Source of the DNA: Myxococcota bacterium
Lineage (GTDB): Bacteria; Myxococcota_A; UBA9160; UBA4427
Direction of reading: 5' to 3'
DNA: 64,000 bases
NCBI GenBank assembly: GCA_045106235.1
Contig: JBGCEJ010000010.1
Coordinates: forward strand, 72,991-136,990
The first letter of the stretch is position 1, and each line of letters begins with the position of its first letter. Below are positions 46,744 to 55,960 of the stretch, piece by piece. The position numbers were made by a program, and so were the translations under genes. The notes beneath the pieces were generated by a model that had not been told where the DNA came from, made no database searches, and saw only the letters and a list, made by a program, of their open reading frames with translations.

Positions 46744-46780
46744 TTCGGCCTAGTTCGGCCTAGTTCGGTTTAGATCGGCC
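46741..46780. repeat. 10-bp tandem repeat x4 (TAGTTCGGCC), each unit starting with TAG
   Basis: Units are TAGTTCGGCC, TAGTTCGGCC, TAGTTCGGTT and TAGATCGGCC. The first TAG is the Rieske gene stop codon. Confidence 0.95.
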
Positions 46781-46804
46781 GACGAGACTCAAAAGGAAAC
46801 AGCC

Positions 46805-49252
46805 GTGTCCCTCGCTCTACCCGACTATAACCTGACCGAAGAGCAAGCTGAGTTTCGGGACTCGCTCCGTCGATTCTTCGAGGAGCATGCGTCGACGGAA
46901 ATGACCCGGAAGGTGATGGAGTCGGGAGCCGCGTTTGCCCCCGACGTTTGGAAAACCGCTTCCGCCGAACTCGGGCTTGCGGGCATCGCAATCCCGGAAG
47001 AATACGGCGGTCAGGGGTTCGGCCTCAAGGAACTCGCCCTCGCCCTGGGCGAGGCGGCTCGCGGCCTCTCGCCGATCCCGCTCTTTTCCTCGGCGGCGCT
47101 CGCCGGACGCGTCGTGACCTGTGTCCTCGCGGAGGCGGGTGCGAGTGATGAAACCGCGAGGCGCGAACTCGAGCCGATCGCGTCGGGCCGCGTAGCGACG
47201 GTGGCCTGGCTAGAAGGCCCGGGTGCCTGGGGGCTGGACCCCATCGCAATGCGCGCTGAGGCCACTGAGGCGGGCTATCGGCTCAGTGGCGAGAAGCACT
47301 TTGTGCTCGACGCAGGCTGTGCTGAACGGATCTACATCGTGGCTCGCCTGGGTGAGGGAGAGGCGCTCGGCCTATTTGCAGCAGACGTTTCGGCGCCCGG
47401 CCTTACGATTCGGAAGCAAGAGGCCCTGGATCTATCCCGCACGCTCGGCGAGCTGCGTTTGGACGGTGTGGCCGTGGAGCTGATCGGTGCCGAGCCGGGG
47501 GCCGCGTTCCGCGGGCAGGATTCGGCGTCGGCGATCCGCCAAGGGCTGCTGGAAGCGACGGCGCTCTTCTGCGCTGAGATCGCGGGCGGCATGCAGAAGG
47601 TGCTCGAGACTTCGGTCGACTATGCGAGCGAACGCCATCAGTTCGGTCGTCCCGTTGGCTCCTTTCAAGCGATCAAGCACAAATGTGCCGATATGCTGAT
47701 CGATTTCGAATGCGCACGGACCGCGGCGGACGCGGCGCTGATGGCGCTGGATGCCGGGGATGAGGACGGCGCGCTGCTGACTGCCGTGGCGAAGGCCCAA
47801 GCCGGTCCCGCCTTCGTTCGCATGGCGACGGAGAATATTCAGGTCCACGGCGGCGTGGGATATACCTGGGAATACGATGCCCATCTTTTCTTCCGCCGCG
47901 CACGGGCAAGCGACGCTTTTCTGGGCGACGCGGTTCTCCATCAAGAGCGCATCGCCGCCGAATGGACAGATCGCCTTGAGACCCAAGGACTCGATGCCGC
48001 CCGAGAAAGCGGGAGCAGCGGCCGCCGCGCCGACACGCCGGAAGAAGCGGCCTTCCGCGCAGAGGCGAGGGCATGGCTCTCGGCGCACGCGGAGCTTCGC
48101 CAAGGTGAAGGCGATTGGTCGAACGGCGCCGCCGATCATTCTCTGGAAGCGGAGCAGTATTACTGGGACAAGATGAAGGCTTGGCAGAAGACGCGCTTCG
48201 AAGGCGGCTGGTCTGCGATTACCTGGGCGCCCGAGCATGGCGGTCGCGGCGGCTCGCCGATTCAGTCCATCATCTTCAACGAAGAGCAATCCGCGTTCAA
48301 TGTCGCGAGCGGCTACATCGACGCGGCGGTCGGCCTGATCGGTCCGTCGCTCATTCGCTTCGGTACGGATGAACAGCGCGAGCGCTTTTTGAAACCGATG
48401 CTTCGCGGCGACGAAATCTGGTGTCAGCTCTTTAGCGAACCCGAAGCCGGCTCGGATCTCGCCGCGGTTCGGACACGCGGCGTTGTTGACGGCGACGAAC
48501 TTGTACTGAACGGCCAAAAAGTCTGGACCACGAGCGCTCAATACGCCGATTGGGGCTTCATCGTCTGCCGCACCAACGTGGACGTGCCCAAACACAAAGG
48601 CATCAGCTTCGCCCTCGTCGATATGCGGCAGCCCGGCGTCGAAGTCCGTCCCCTTGTCACCATGAAGGGCGACCGCCATTTCAACGAAGTCTTCTTCAAT
48701 GATGTCCGTACACCGCTGAAATACGTCGTGAACGGCATCGACGCAGGATGGCCCGTCACCACCTTCGTGCTCATGAACGAAGGCGCAAATATCGGGACCG
48801 GCCATTTCAGCCGGACGGGAACCATCGAGCTCTTTGCCGCTGCGGAGCAGCGCGGCCGCCTTGGCGACCCCGTCGTTCGGCAAAGGCTCGCCGAGACCTT
48901 CGTGGCCGAGCGCGTGCTGGAACTCCTGCAGGCGCGACTCAAGGGCGCGATCCTCGATGGCCGTCGGCCTGATGTCGACGGCTCTGTGCTCAAGATCCTC
49001 TGGTCTGAAGGTGGGCATCGAAAAGCCGAGGCGGCGAACTGGCTCCAGGGCGCCGACGCGCTGCTCGCGGGGGAAGACGCGCCGACGGGTGGCCTTTGGC
49101 AGGACCAGCTCCTCGCGCGCGGCGCCGGCACGATCGGGGGCGGAACCAGTGAGGTCCATCGCAATGGTCTCGGGGAACGCGCGCTTGGCTTACCCCGCGA
49201 GCCGCGCCTCGACCGCGATCAGCCCTTCAAAGATCTGAAAATCAGCGGCTGA
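46805..49252 (+). CDS. fused double acyl-CoA dehydrogenase (two ACAD modules, 815 aa)
   Basis: The N-module ends ...HGGVGYTWEYDAHLFFRRARASDAFLGD. The C-module has FNEEQSAFNV..., WTTSAQYADW and IGGGTSEVHRN. GTG start follows AAGGAA. Confidence 0.85.
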   Translation: MSLALPDYNLTEEQAEFRDSLRRFFEEHASTEMTRKVMESGAAFAPDVWKTASAELGLAGIAIPEEYGGQGFGLKELALALGEAARGLSPIPLFSSAALAGRVVTCVLAEAGASDETARRELEPIASGRVATVAWLEGPGAWGLDPIAMRAEATEAGYRLSGEKHFVLDAGCAERIYIVARLGEGEALGLFAADVSAPGLTIRKQEALDLSRTLGELRLDGVAVELIGAEPGAAFRGQDSASAIRQGLLEATALFCAEIAGGMQKVLETSVDYASERHQFGRPVGSFQAIKHKCADMLIDFECARTAADAALMALDAGDEDGALLTAVAKAQAGPAFVRMATENIQVHGGVGYTWEYDAHLFFRRARASDAFLGDAVLHQERIAAEWTDRLETQGLDAARESGSSGRRADTPEEAAFRAEARAWLSAHAELRQGEGDWSNGAADHSLEAEQYYWDKMKAWQKTRFEGGWSAITWAPEHGGRGGSPIQSIIFNEEQSAFNVASGYIDAAVGLIGPSLIRFGTDEQRERFLKPMLRGDEIWCQLFSEPEAGSDLAAVRTRGVVDGDELVLNGQKVWTTSAQYADWGFIVCRTNVDVPKHKGISFALVDMRQPGVEVRPLVTMKGDRHFNEVFFNDVRTPLKYVVNGIDAGWPVTTFVLMNEGANIGTGHFSRTGTIELFAAAEQRGRLGDPVVRQRLAETFVAERVLELLQARLKGAILDGRRPDVDGSVLKILWSEGGHRKAEAANWLQGADALLAGEDAPTGGLWQDQLLARGAGTIGGGTSEVHRNGLGERALGLPREPRLDRDQPFKDLKISG

Positions 49253-49372
49253 CGCGGCCGGACAGATTCGCAGGTGCCGCCAAGGCGCGGACTGTTCTAG
49301 CGTGAGGGCTCGGGACCGCTCGGCGCAGAGGCCGCGCGCTGGTCCCAACTCGTCAACCATTCGGAGATCCTC

Positions 49373-50341
49373 ATGCCCAAAGCTCATTCCCTCGCAGACG
49401 TCACGCCTGCGCTTTCGCTCCAGCCCATCAACTTCGCTGCTGAAGATCCGGGCGTGGGCGGATGGCGATCGCTCCTCGCCCAGGGCCGGGGTGCGGACAA
49501 GGCGGGTATAGACCGCCTCGTCGTTTCCGATCATGTCGTGATGGGCGAGAACCTCGAAGCTTACGGAGATCCCAAGGCCGGCGGCATGACGGGCGGGGTT
49601 CAGCCGACGGGGCCCGATGGTCATTGGCTTGATCCGCTGACGGTGATTTCGATGTGGGCGGCCCAGACGACGCATACGCGCTTCATGACGGGGATCTTGA
49701 TCGCCGGACTGCGGCGGCCGGCGACGCTGGCGAAGCAGCTTTCGACGATCGATGTGCTTTCGGAAGGCCGCCTGGATATTGGTGTGGGCGTCGGCTGGCA
49801 GAAGGAAGAGTACGAAGCGAACGGTGTGCAGTACAAGGGCCGCGGTCAGCATCTCGACGAGACGCTTGAGATCATCCGAACGCTCTGGAATACCGAAGCC
49901 GCGGAGTATCACTCAGGCAGCGTGAACTTCGAGAAGGTGCATCTCAACCCGAAGCCGCTTCAGGCGGGGGGCGTGCCGATTTGGGTGAGCGGGACGCTGA
50001 ACAAGAACGTGCTTCGGCGAATCGTGAAGTTTGGCGACGGCTGGATTCCGTGGGGTGAAGACGCGATGGACCCGATCGGCGGTCTCGCGAAGATTGGCGA
50101 AGCCCTTGAAAAGGGCGGGCGCGATCCCAAGGGCTTCCAGGCCTCGAGCTATTTGCAGGTTGTCGAAGACGGCAAGGGGGGCATCGATGCGGATCAGACG
50201 ATGGCGCCGGTCGGACCGATGGCGGAAGCGGGCGTGACGGATATGCGCGTGACTTTGAATCTGCCCGCGGAGGAGTCGGCGGTGCAGGACATGCTTTCGC
50301 CGCTGGTCGAAGCCTTCCGCAAGAATGCAGGCCGCAGCTAG
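49373..50341 (+). CDS. LLM-class flavin/F420-type oxidoreductase
   Basis: AGIDRLVVSDHV, TGILIAGLRRPATLAKQLSTIDVLSEGRLDIGVGVGW. 322 aa. Confidence 0.8.
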   Translation: MPKAHSLADVTPALSLQPINFAAEDPGVGGWRSLLAQGRGADKAGIDRLVVSDHVVMGENLEAYGDPKAGGMTGGVQPTGPDGHWLDPLTVISMWAAQTTHTRFMTGILIAGLRRPATLAKQLSTIDVLSEGRLDIGVGVGWQKEEYEANGVQYKGRGQHLDETLEIIRTLWNTEAAEYHSGSVNFEKVHLNPKPLQAGGVPIWVSGTLNKNVLRRIVKFGDGWIPWGEDAMDPIGGLAKIGEALEKGGRDPKGFQASSYLQVVEDGKGGIDADQTMAPVGPMAEAGVTDMRVTLNLPAEESAVQDMLSPLVEAFRKNAGRS

Positions 50342-50391
50342 GCGCGCCGCGGCACGGCGCACGCGCCGAATAGTTCGCCGCAGGAAACGAA

Positions 50392-50433
50392 AACGGCCGT
50401 CCGAGCGAGTTGCTTGGACGGCCGTTCTTTTTT
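50392..50433 (+). terminator. Rho-independent terminator
   Basis: 11-bp stem AACGGCCGTCC/GGACGGCCGTT (50392-50402 / 50416-50426) followed by CTTTTTT. Confidence 0.85.
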
Positions 50434-50446
50434 CTGGACGCGTTCC

Positions 50447-50502
50447 CGCTTTGTCGCTTTGTCGCTTTGTCGCGTTGACGCGTTGTCGCGTTGTCGCCGT
50501 TG
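50447..50502. repeat. 8-bp tandem repeat x7 (CGCTTTGT / CGCGTTGT)
   Basis: CGCTTTGT x3, then CGCGTTGA, CGCGTTGT x2 and CGCCGTTG. It lies between the terminator and the 3' end of the convergent aldolase gene. Confidence 0.9.
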
Positions 50503-50517
50503 CAGCCGGGCGCGCTT

Positions 50518-51318
50518 CTATTCGAGAAAGTCCGGGGACTCTTCCATCAGCACGTCGAAGAGGGGCTTGAAGCTGATATGTCCGGCGAGCTGGCTGCCGA
50601 CGACTCCCGCCGTGAGCTTCGCGTTCGCGTCATCGATCGGAATCGGGGTGCCTGCCGCGGCTTCGGCCATCAGCTGGGCCTGGCAGCTGCGTTCCATGGT
50701 CACGAACCACCATGCGGCGGCATCCACCGTGTGTCCCACGGTCAGCAGTCCGTGGTTGCGCAGAATCACGGCCTTGTTCTGTCCGAGGGCTTCTCCGATT
50801 CGGTCGCCTTCCGCGGGGTCGAGTACGACGCCGGTGAAATCGTTAAAGAGACCATGGTCCTGGTAGAACGCGCAGGCATCCTGGGTCAGCGGGTCGAGAT
50901 GCCGGCCCAGGGACGACCAGGACTTGCCGTAGACGGAATGGGCGTGGGCCGCGGCGATGACGTCGGGGCGCGCTGCGTGAAGGCGCGAATGAATGGCGAA
51001 GGCGGCCTGGTTGAGCAAGCCGCCGCCCTCAATGACTTCGCCTTCAGCGTTGACCTTAATCAGATCCGAGACCTTCATGAGCTTGAAGGATCGACCGATC
51101 GGGTTCACCCAAAAATGATGTTCATTGAAGGGGTCGCGGGCGGTGATATGTCCCGCCACGCCTTCGTCGAAGCCGAATTTTCCGAAGATGCGGAGCGCCG
51201 CGGCGAGCTTCGTCTTGCGTTCGACAAGCTCTTCTTCGAGAGAGCGGTCGGCGGTATCCGGGAGGGCCGAAAGGCTCGCCATCGCGTTGTCAGCGTGTTG
51301 TTCGGGGCTCGTCGCCAT
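50518..51318 (-). CDS. class II aldolase/adducin-family protein
   Basis: GHITARDP, AAAHAHSVYG and ILRNHGLLTVG are class II aldolase His/metal motifs. Confidence 0.8.
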   Translation of the reverse strand: MATSPEQHADNAMASLSALPDTADRSLEEELVERKTKLAAALRIFGKFGFDEGVAGHITARDPFNEHHFWVNPIGRSFKLMKVSDLIKVNAEGEVIEGGGLLNQAAFAIHSRLHAARPDVIAAAHAHSVYGKSWSSLGRHLDPLTQDACAFYQDHGLFNDFTGVVLDPAEGDRIGEALGQNKAVILRNHGLLTVGHTVDAAAWWFVTMERSCQAQLMAEAAAGTPIPIDDANAKLTAGVVGSQLAGHISFKPLFDVLMEESPDFLE

Positions 51319-51386
51319 GAGATTACTCTCCGTTTGCAGGCCGCGGCATTCGGGATGCGGCTTTCGGTTGAAGGGCGGATGATAGC

Positions 51387-51902
51387 CTACTGGACGTCGA
51401 TCACTTCAAAGTTGCGCTCGGCCCGAGGCGTTTTGAGGCGGCCCTCGTCGCCGATATGGAGGCCTATGAGCGCGCGCCCCAGAGGTGAAACGGGGGTGAC
51501 GGTCCGAATGGTGTGTCCCTGCTGACGGAGGTCGAGGGCACCGGCGCCGGGGACGAGCCAGATCAATTGACTCTCGCCTTCGGGATCAGCTTCGTCCTGG
51601 AGGGTGACCAAGGCGCAGACGGCGATGGCTTCGTCTTCGGCGAATTCTCGGAGCTTGAGGGCGAGGAGGGCATCCCGGGTTCGGGTGAGCTCTTCAACGC
51701 GCTGTGCGAGGCCGCGGGCGAGGTAGCTTTGTTCAGTCGCCCGGGTGTCTTTGGCATGCTCCGAGCGGCTTTCCTCATGGGTGGCGCCCTCCTGAACGTC
51801 CTGTTGCCGGCGCATCTGGTCAGCGAGGTCGGATTCGATGCGAGCGCGCAGGTTGTCAAGCAGCTCGGACTTGTCGATTTGGGGCAGCGACGGAGACGTC
51901 AT
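51387..51902 (-). CDS. GreA/GreB-family protein (C-terminal Gre domain with coiled-coil N-terminus)
   Basis: The C-terminus VTPVSPLGRALIGLHIGDEG...FEVIDV matches the Gre C-terminal domain. The start overlaps the upstream stop (ATGA). Confidence 0.7.
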   Translation of the reverse strand: MTSPSLPQIDKSELLDNLRARIESDLADQMRRQQDVQEGATHEESRSEHAKDTRATEQSYLARGLAQRVEELTRTRDALLALKLREFAEDEAIAVCALVTLQDEADPEGESQLIWLVPGAGALDLRQQGHTIRTVTPVSPLGRALIGLHIGDEGRLKTPRAERNFEVIDVQ

Positions 51903-53860
51903 GAGGTCCCGCCCGGCTCGGGGGCCGGTGTCGGGCCCGAGGTAGCGCTCGGGGTAGGGCCCGGCGTGGTCGACCAGGCCGGGAGGCCGCGGAGGTAGCG
52001 GTTCAGCCGAGCGCGGAAGCTCGGGAGGAGCGCGCGCACGTTAGGCGCCTCCTCTTGCTCGAGTCGCTCGAGCGCGCGTCTTTGCGCCTGGATCGCAGCT
52101 TTGGGTTGGCCGGCGCCGGCGTAGGCCGCCGCGAGCGTACCGAGCACGAAAGGGTTTTCCGGCTGCGCGACGATGGCGCGTTCAGCCAGAACGACCGCCG
52201 CCGCGGGGTCTCGCAGGTCGACGTTTTCGCTGGCGGCGCGGATCCAGGCGAGATTGTTGAGGACCTGCCAATCTTCGCTGCCGAGTTCGAGCGCGCGCGA
52301 AAACGCCTGCGCGGCCTCGCGTTCGCGACCGCTCTGTTCGGCCAGGATGCCCCGCGCTGCCCAAGCGAGTTCCGGCGGCGCACCCTGTTGTGTGGCGAGG
52401 TCGAGCTCGACGGCCGCTTCTTGGAGACGACCGGTTTGCAGCAGCGCGGTTGCTAGGACGAGTCGCGCATCGCCCCACTGCGGCCTGATCGAGAGGGCCT
52501 CGCGAAGATGGGCCTCGCCGCTTTTCTGATCGCCCCGGGTCCACTGCGCGACGCCGAGGAAGCGGTGAGCATGGGCATTGCGCTCGGTGACGGCGACGGC
52601 ATGAGAGAAGAGCGTCTCGGAATCGCGCCAAGTGCCGACTTGTCTTTGTGCCAAGAACGCGAGAGCGAGGATCGCGATTGCGGCGATCGCACGCCCCGCG
52701 AAGAGCAGCGGCTTGGGCGGCGCGCTTGGGAGCGGCTCTGCGGCGCTGCGGCGCTTGATCAGGTCGGAAACACCGAAGGCGAGAATGCAGACCAGGCCCG
52801 TCTGCGCGATATAGGTGTAGCGATCCGCATGGGCCTGCCCGCCAACCCGCACGAGGCCGATCATCGGGATCAGCGTCACGATGAACCAGAGCCAGCCCAT
52901 TGTGACGAGCGGCGCGCGGCGAATCAGAACGAGGGCCATCAATGTCATCGCAACGAGGAGCGCAAGGGTGATCCAGGTGGCGGGACTCGTGAGCAGGGCA
53001 TCGCTTGGGTAGGGGTAATAGTAGGCGAGCCCGCTTGGCCAAAACGTATCGACGAGGTAGACGCGGTAGGCGCGCGCGGCATTCAATCCGCGGAGGAGGA
53101 GCGGCGTATAGGCTGAAGTATTCGCGCCGGATTCGGTTTGCGAGAGTAAGGTGACGGCACTGACGGCGGCGGCGGCGGCGGCGATCGGGGCTTTTTCGAG
53201 GGCGCAGCGAAAAAAGTCGCGTGGGGTTTTGATCCGGTGGAGCGGCCAGAGATCAAGTAGGAGCAGCGTCACCGGGATCGCGACGGCGGTCGCCTTGGCA
53301 AAGAGCGCGAGCGTCGACCACAAAAGGATGAGTGCGGCCGCGCTCGCCTTTCGGGTGCGAACCCAGGAAGGGTACACGAAGAGCGTCGCCATCCAGAACA
53401 CGCCCGCGAGTACTTCCTTGCGTTCTGAGATCCAGGCGACGGATTCCACGTGAAGCGGATGTACAGCAAAGACCGCAGCGACGAATGCGCTGATCTCGAC
53501 TCGGCCCGTCATGCGGACGAAGGCCAGAAAGAGCAGCACGCTTGCAAGTAGATGGAGAAGAACGTTCTCCCAAGCATAGGCCCCGGGCACGGGGCCATAG
53601 AGCGCGTCGCTGACCGCGAGAGAAATGGACATTAGGGGCGCCCAATTACTCTTGTACGGTTCGCTGAAGGCGCGACGAATATCCTCGAGGGAGAGGTGGC
53701 CGTCGAGGTAGGGGTTGTCGACGATGTATTCGTAGTCATCGAAGTCAACGAATTGATGGGCGCCAACATCGTGGTAAACGAAGAGCGTGAGGGCGCAGAG
53801 CGCGAGCGCGAAGAGTCCGATCCTGCGGCGGTCGGGAATGGCGTGCGCGGCGTCTTGCAT
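51899..53860 (-). CDS. polytopic membrane glycosyltransferase-like (PMT/TMTC type) protein with C-terminal TPR repeats
   Basis: The N-terminal ~430 aa have ~11 hydrophobic helices and FVDFDDYEYIVDNPYL. The C-terminal ~200 aa carry TPR repeats. ATG at 53860 was preferred over the Arg/Pro-rich 54091 extension. Confidence 0.7.
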   Translation of the reverse strand: MQDAAHAIPDRRRIGLFALALCALTLFVYHDVGAHQFVDFDDYEYIVDNPYLDGHLSLEDIRRAFSEPYKSNWAPLMSISLAVSDALYGPVPGAYAWENVLLHLLASVLLFLAFVRMTGRVEISAFVAAVFAVHPLHVESVAWISERKEVLAGVFWMATLFVYPSWVRTRKASAAALILLWSTLALFAKATAVAIPVTLLLLDLWPLHRIKTPRDFFRCALEKAPIAAAAAAVSAVTLLSQTESGANTSAYTPLLLRGLNAARAYRVYLVDTFWPSGLAYYYPYPSDALLTSPATWITLALLVAMTLMALVLIRRAPLVTMGWLWFIVTLIPMIGLVRVGGQAHADRYTYIAQTGLVCILAFGVSDLIKRRSAAEPLPSAPPKPLLFAGRAIAAIAILALAFLAQRQVGTWRDSETLFSHAVAVTERNAHAHRFLGVAQWTRGDQKSGEAHLREALSIRPQWGDARLVLATALLQTGRLQEAAVELDLATQQGAPPELAWAARGILAEQSGREREAAQAFSRALELGSEDWQVLNNLAWIRAASENVDLRDPAAAVVLAERAIVAQPENPFVLGTLAAAYAGAGQPKAAIQAQRRALERLEQEEAPNVRALLPSFRARLNRYLRGLPAWSTTPGPTPSATSGPTPAPEPGGTS

Positions 53861-54001
53861 GCGCGCGAGGATACGGGAGCGGGGGCGGCTGCACATCTCA
53901 GGCGGCAAACCGGTTGGGTGCGGCGGCGAATTTCTGGTCGGGCGTTGGGGGCTTGGGTACCGTGTCTGCCCCCAGCGGGCTGGGGCAATCGAGGAGCGCC
54001 T

Positions 54002-54622
54002 ATGAAACTGCATCATGTGTCGGGCTCGCGGTCGCTGCGCGTGCGTTGGCTCCTTGAGGAGCTTTCGCTGCCATACGAACTGGAGCGACATGCGCTTGGC
54101 GGGGCGTCTCTGCGCAGTCCTGAATATCGTGCGCTGAATCCGCAGGGCCGGGTTCCCACGCTCGAAGATGAGGGCACGGTCCTCTTCGAGTCGGGCGCGA
54201 TCATGCAGTATCTACTTGAACGTTACGGCGAGGGACGGCTTGAACCCGCGCCGGGAGATCCTATGCGCGCCGCCTATCTGCAGTGGTTTCATTGGGGCGA
54301 GGCCGCGCTGATGCCGGCGCTGCACGTGATCATGGGAAACCGGTTTGTCCTGAAAGAGGAGGACCGGAGCGAGAAGGCGCTGGGCGTCGCCCGGAAGCAG
54401 TTCGCTCAGTCTTTGCGCGTGCTCGGGGATGCTTTGGGCAAGGCGGATTACTTGGTTGGGGATGCCTTTTCAGCTGCGGACATTATGGTCGTATACGGGA
54501 TCACCCTCGTGAAGCAGGTCGGCGAGATGCCCGAGGAGCCCTTGGTCGTGCATCGCTGGCAAGACCGCTTGGTCGCCCGTCCGGCGTTTCAGGCTGCCTT
54601 CGAGGGAGGAGTTGCGGGCTAG
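54002..54622 (+). CDS. glutathione S-transferase
   Basis: MKLHHVSGSRSLRVRWLLEEL, NPQGRVPTLED and LFESGAIMQYL are GST N-domain motifs. The internal ATG at 54002 was used. Confidence 0.85.
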   Translation: MKLHHVSGSRSLRVRWLLEELSLPYELERHALGGASLRSPEYRALNPQGRVPTLEDEGTVLFESGAIMQYLLERYGEGRLEPAPGDPMRAAYLQWFHWGEAALMPALHVIMGNRFVLKEEDRSEKALGVARKQFAQSLRVLGDALGKADYLVGDAFSAADIMVVYGITLVKQVGEMPEEPLVVHRWQDRLVARPAFQAAFEGGVAG

Positions 54623-54672
54623 CTGAGGGGGCGTGTTTTTGAGAAACGGTGTTTGTTCGATCCGGCCGTTTC

Positions 54673-54708
54673 TTATCGGTGGTACAGGTTATTATCGGTG
54701 GTATAGGT
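54673..54708. repeat. 17-bp direct repeat x2 (TTATCGGTGGTAYAGGT), possible operator
   Basis: Copies at 54673-54689 and 54692-54708 with 1 mismatch. It lies in the 254-bp region upstream of the ACAD pair. Confidence 0.6.
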
Positions 54709-54876
54709 CACCGCGGGAATCTGCTTGAGCGTCAGGTTGAACACGAATCGCGTCGGGCTCGAAGTTGCTTTCAAGATGCATCCTCTCGCTGCTTGACGGT
54801 AGAACGTGTTTCACAGAAGATCCGGTGCCTCAGCACGGCAGCGCACAGAACGCATTCAGTCATTACGGGAGTTGAG

Positions 54877-55956
54877 ATGGATTTTGGTTTAAGTGAAGAG
54901 CAGGACATGCTTCAGGAGACGATTCGAGGCTTCGCGCAGAACGAATGCCCGACGACGCGTCTTCGCGAGCTCTTCGATGCAGGAGATGGACACGACCCGA
55001 AGCTCTGGGAAGGGCTCTGCGAGATGGGCGTGGCTGGGCTGACGGTGCCGGAGGAATTCGGTGGCGCCGGAATGGAGATGCTCGATCTGGCGTTAGTCGC
55101 CGAGGTACTCGGTGAGTTCGCTGTGCCGGGTCCGTTCCTCGGGCATGCGATGGCGACGCTGGGCGTTCAGCTTTGTGGCGATGCAGCGCAGCAGAAGGCG
55201 ATTCTGCCCGGTCTCGCTGGCGGCGAGAAGCTCGCGACGATCGCGATTCAAGAAGATGAAACGCATTTCGCACCGGGCGATTGGACGCTGAAGGCGGACG
55301 GAGGCCGGATCTCCGGGAAGAAAACGATCGTTAGTCATGCGAACCTCGCGGACGCTTTTCTCGTGGGCCTCGCGGGTGGCAAGCTCGCCTGGGTGGATGC
55401 GAAAGCCGAGGGCATCAAGATCGAGGATGCGAACGGAATCGACCGGACGCGGCCGATCTTCAGCGTGACCTTCGACGGGACCCCTGCCGAAATCCTTTCG
55501 GATCCGGAAGGCCAGGTGGAGCGGCTCAATCAAGCGGGCTCGATTCTGCTGGCCGCGGACACGTTCGGCGCGGCGACGAAGCTGATCGACCTCGATGTCG
55601 CGTACTCGCTTTCCCGCGAGCAGTTCGGCCAGCCGATCGCGCAGTTTCAGGCGATCAAGCACACGATTGCGCGACTGGCGACGGATATTGAACCGAGCCG
55701 CGCGCTGTATTGGTACGCGGCGCATGCCTTCGACCATATTCGCGACGATTCCGCCCGTTCCGCTTCGGTGACGAAGGCGCATATCACGGATCGTGCCATG
55801 CATGCGGCGCGAGAATCCGTGGAGCTGCATGGCGGCTATGGCTTCACTTGGGAATGCGAAGTGCAGATGTGGTTCAAGCGCATCATGTTCAACCGCTCTT
55901 TCCTTGGAACGCCCGAACAGCATCGCGAAAGCGCTGCACAGCTCGGAGGCTGGTAG
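54877..55956 (+). CDS. acyl-CoA dehydrogenase, beta-type subunit (no Glu at canonical or IVD-type base position seen)
   Basis: MDFGLSEEQDMLQETIRGF, then HGGYGFTWECEVQMWFKRIMFNRSFLGT, where the canonical YEGT is replaced by FLGT. ATG 54877. Confidence 0.8.
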   Translation: MDFGLSEEQDMLQETIRGFAQNECPTTRLRELFDAGDGHDPKLWEGLCEMGVAGLTVPEEFGGAGMEMLDLALVAEVLGEFAVPGPFLGHAMATLGVQLCGDAAQQKAILPGLAGGEKLATIAIQEDETHFAPGDWTLKADGGRISGKKTIVSHANLADAFLVGLAGGKLAWVDAKAEGIKIEDANGIDRTRPIFSVTFDGTPAEILSDPEGQVERLNQAGSILLAADTFGAATKLIDLDVAYSLSREQFGQPIAQFQAIKHTIARLATDIEPSRALYWYAAHAFDHIRDDSARSASVTKAHITDRAMHAARESVELHGGYGFTWECEVQMWFKRIMFNRSFLGTPEQHRESAAQLGGW

Positions 55957-55960
55957 AAAA

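Noticed and set aside
49373-50341. Asserting F420 dependence for the LLM and PPOX-fold proteins, and therefore deazaflavin metabolism in this organism
   Set aside because: The cofactor class (FMN vs F420) cannot be decided by eye from these sequences. No F420 biosynthesis genes are in the window.
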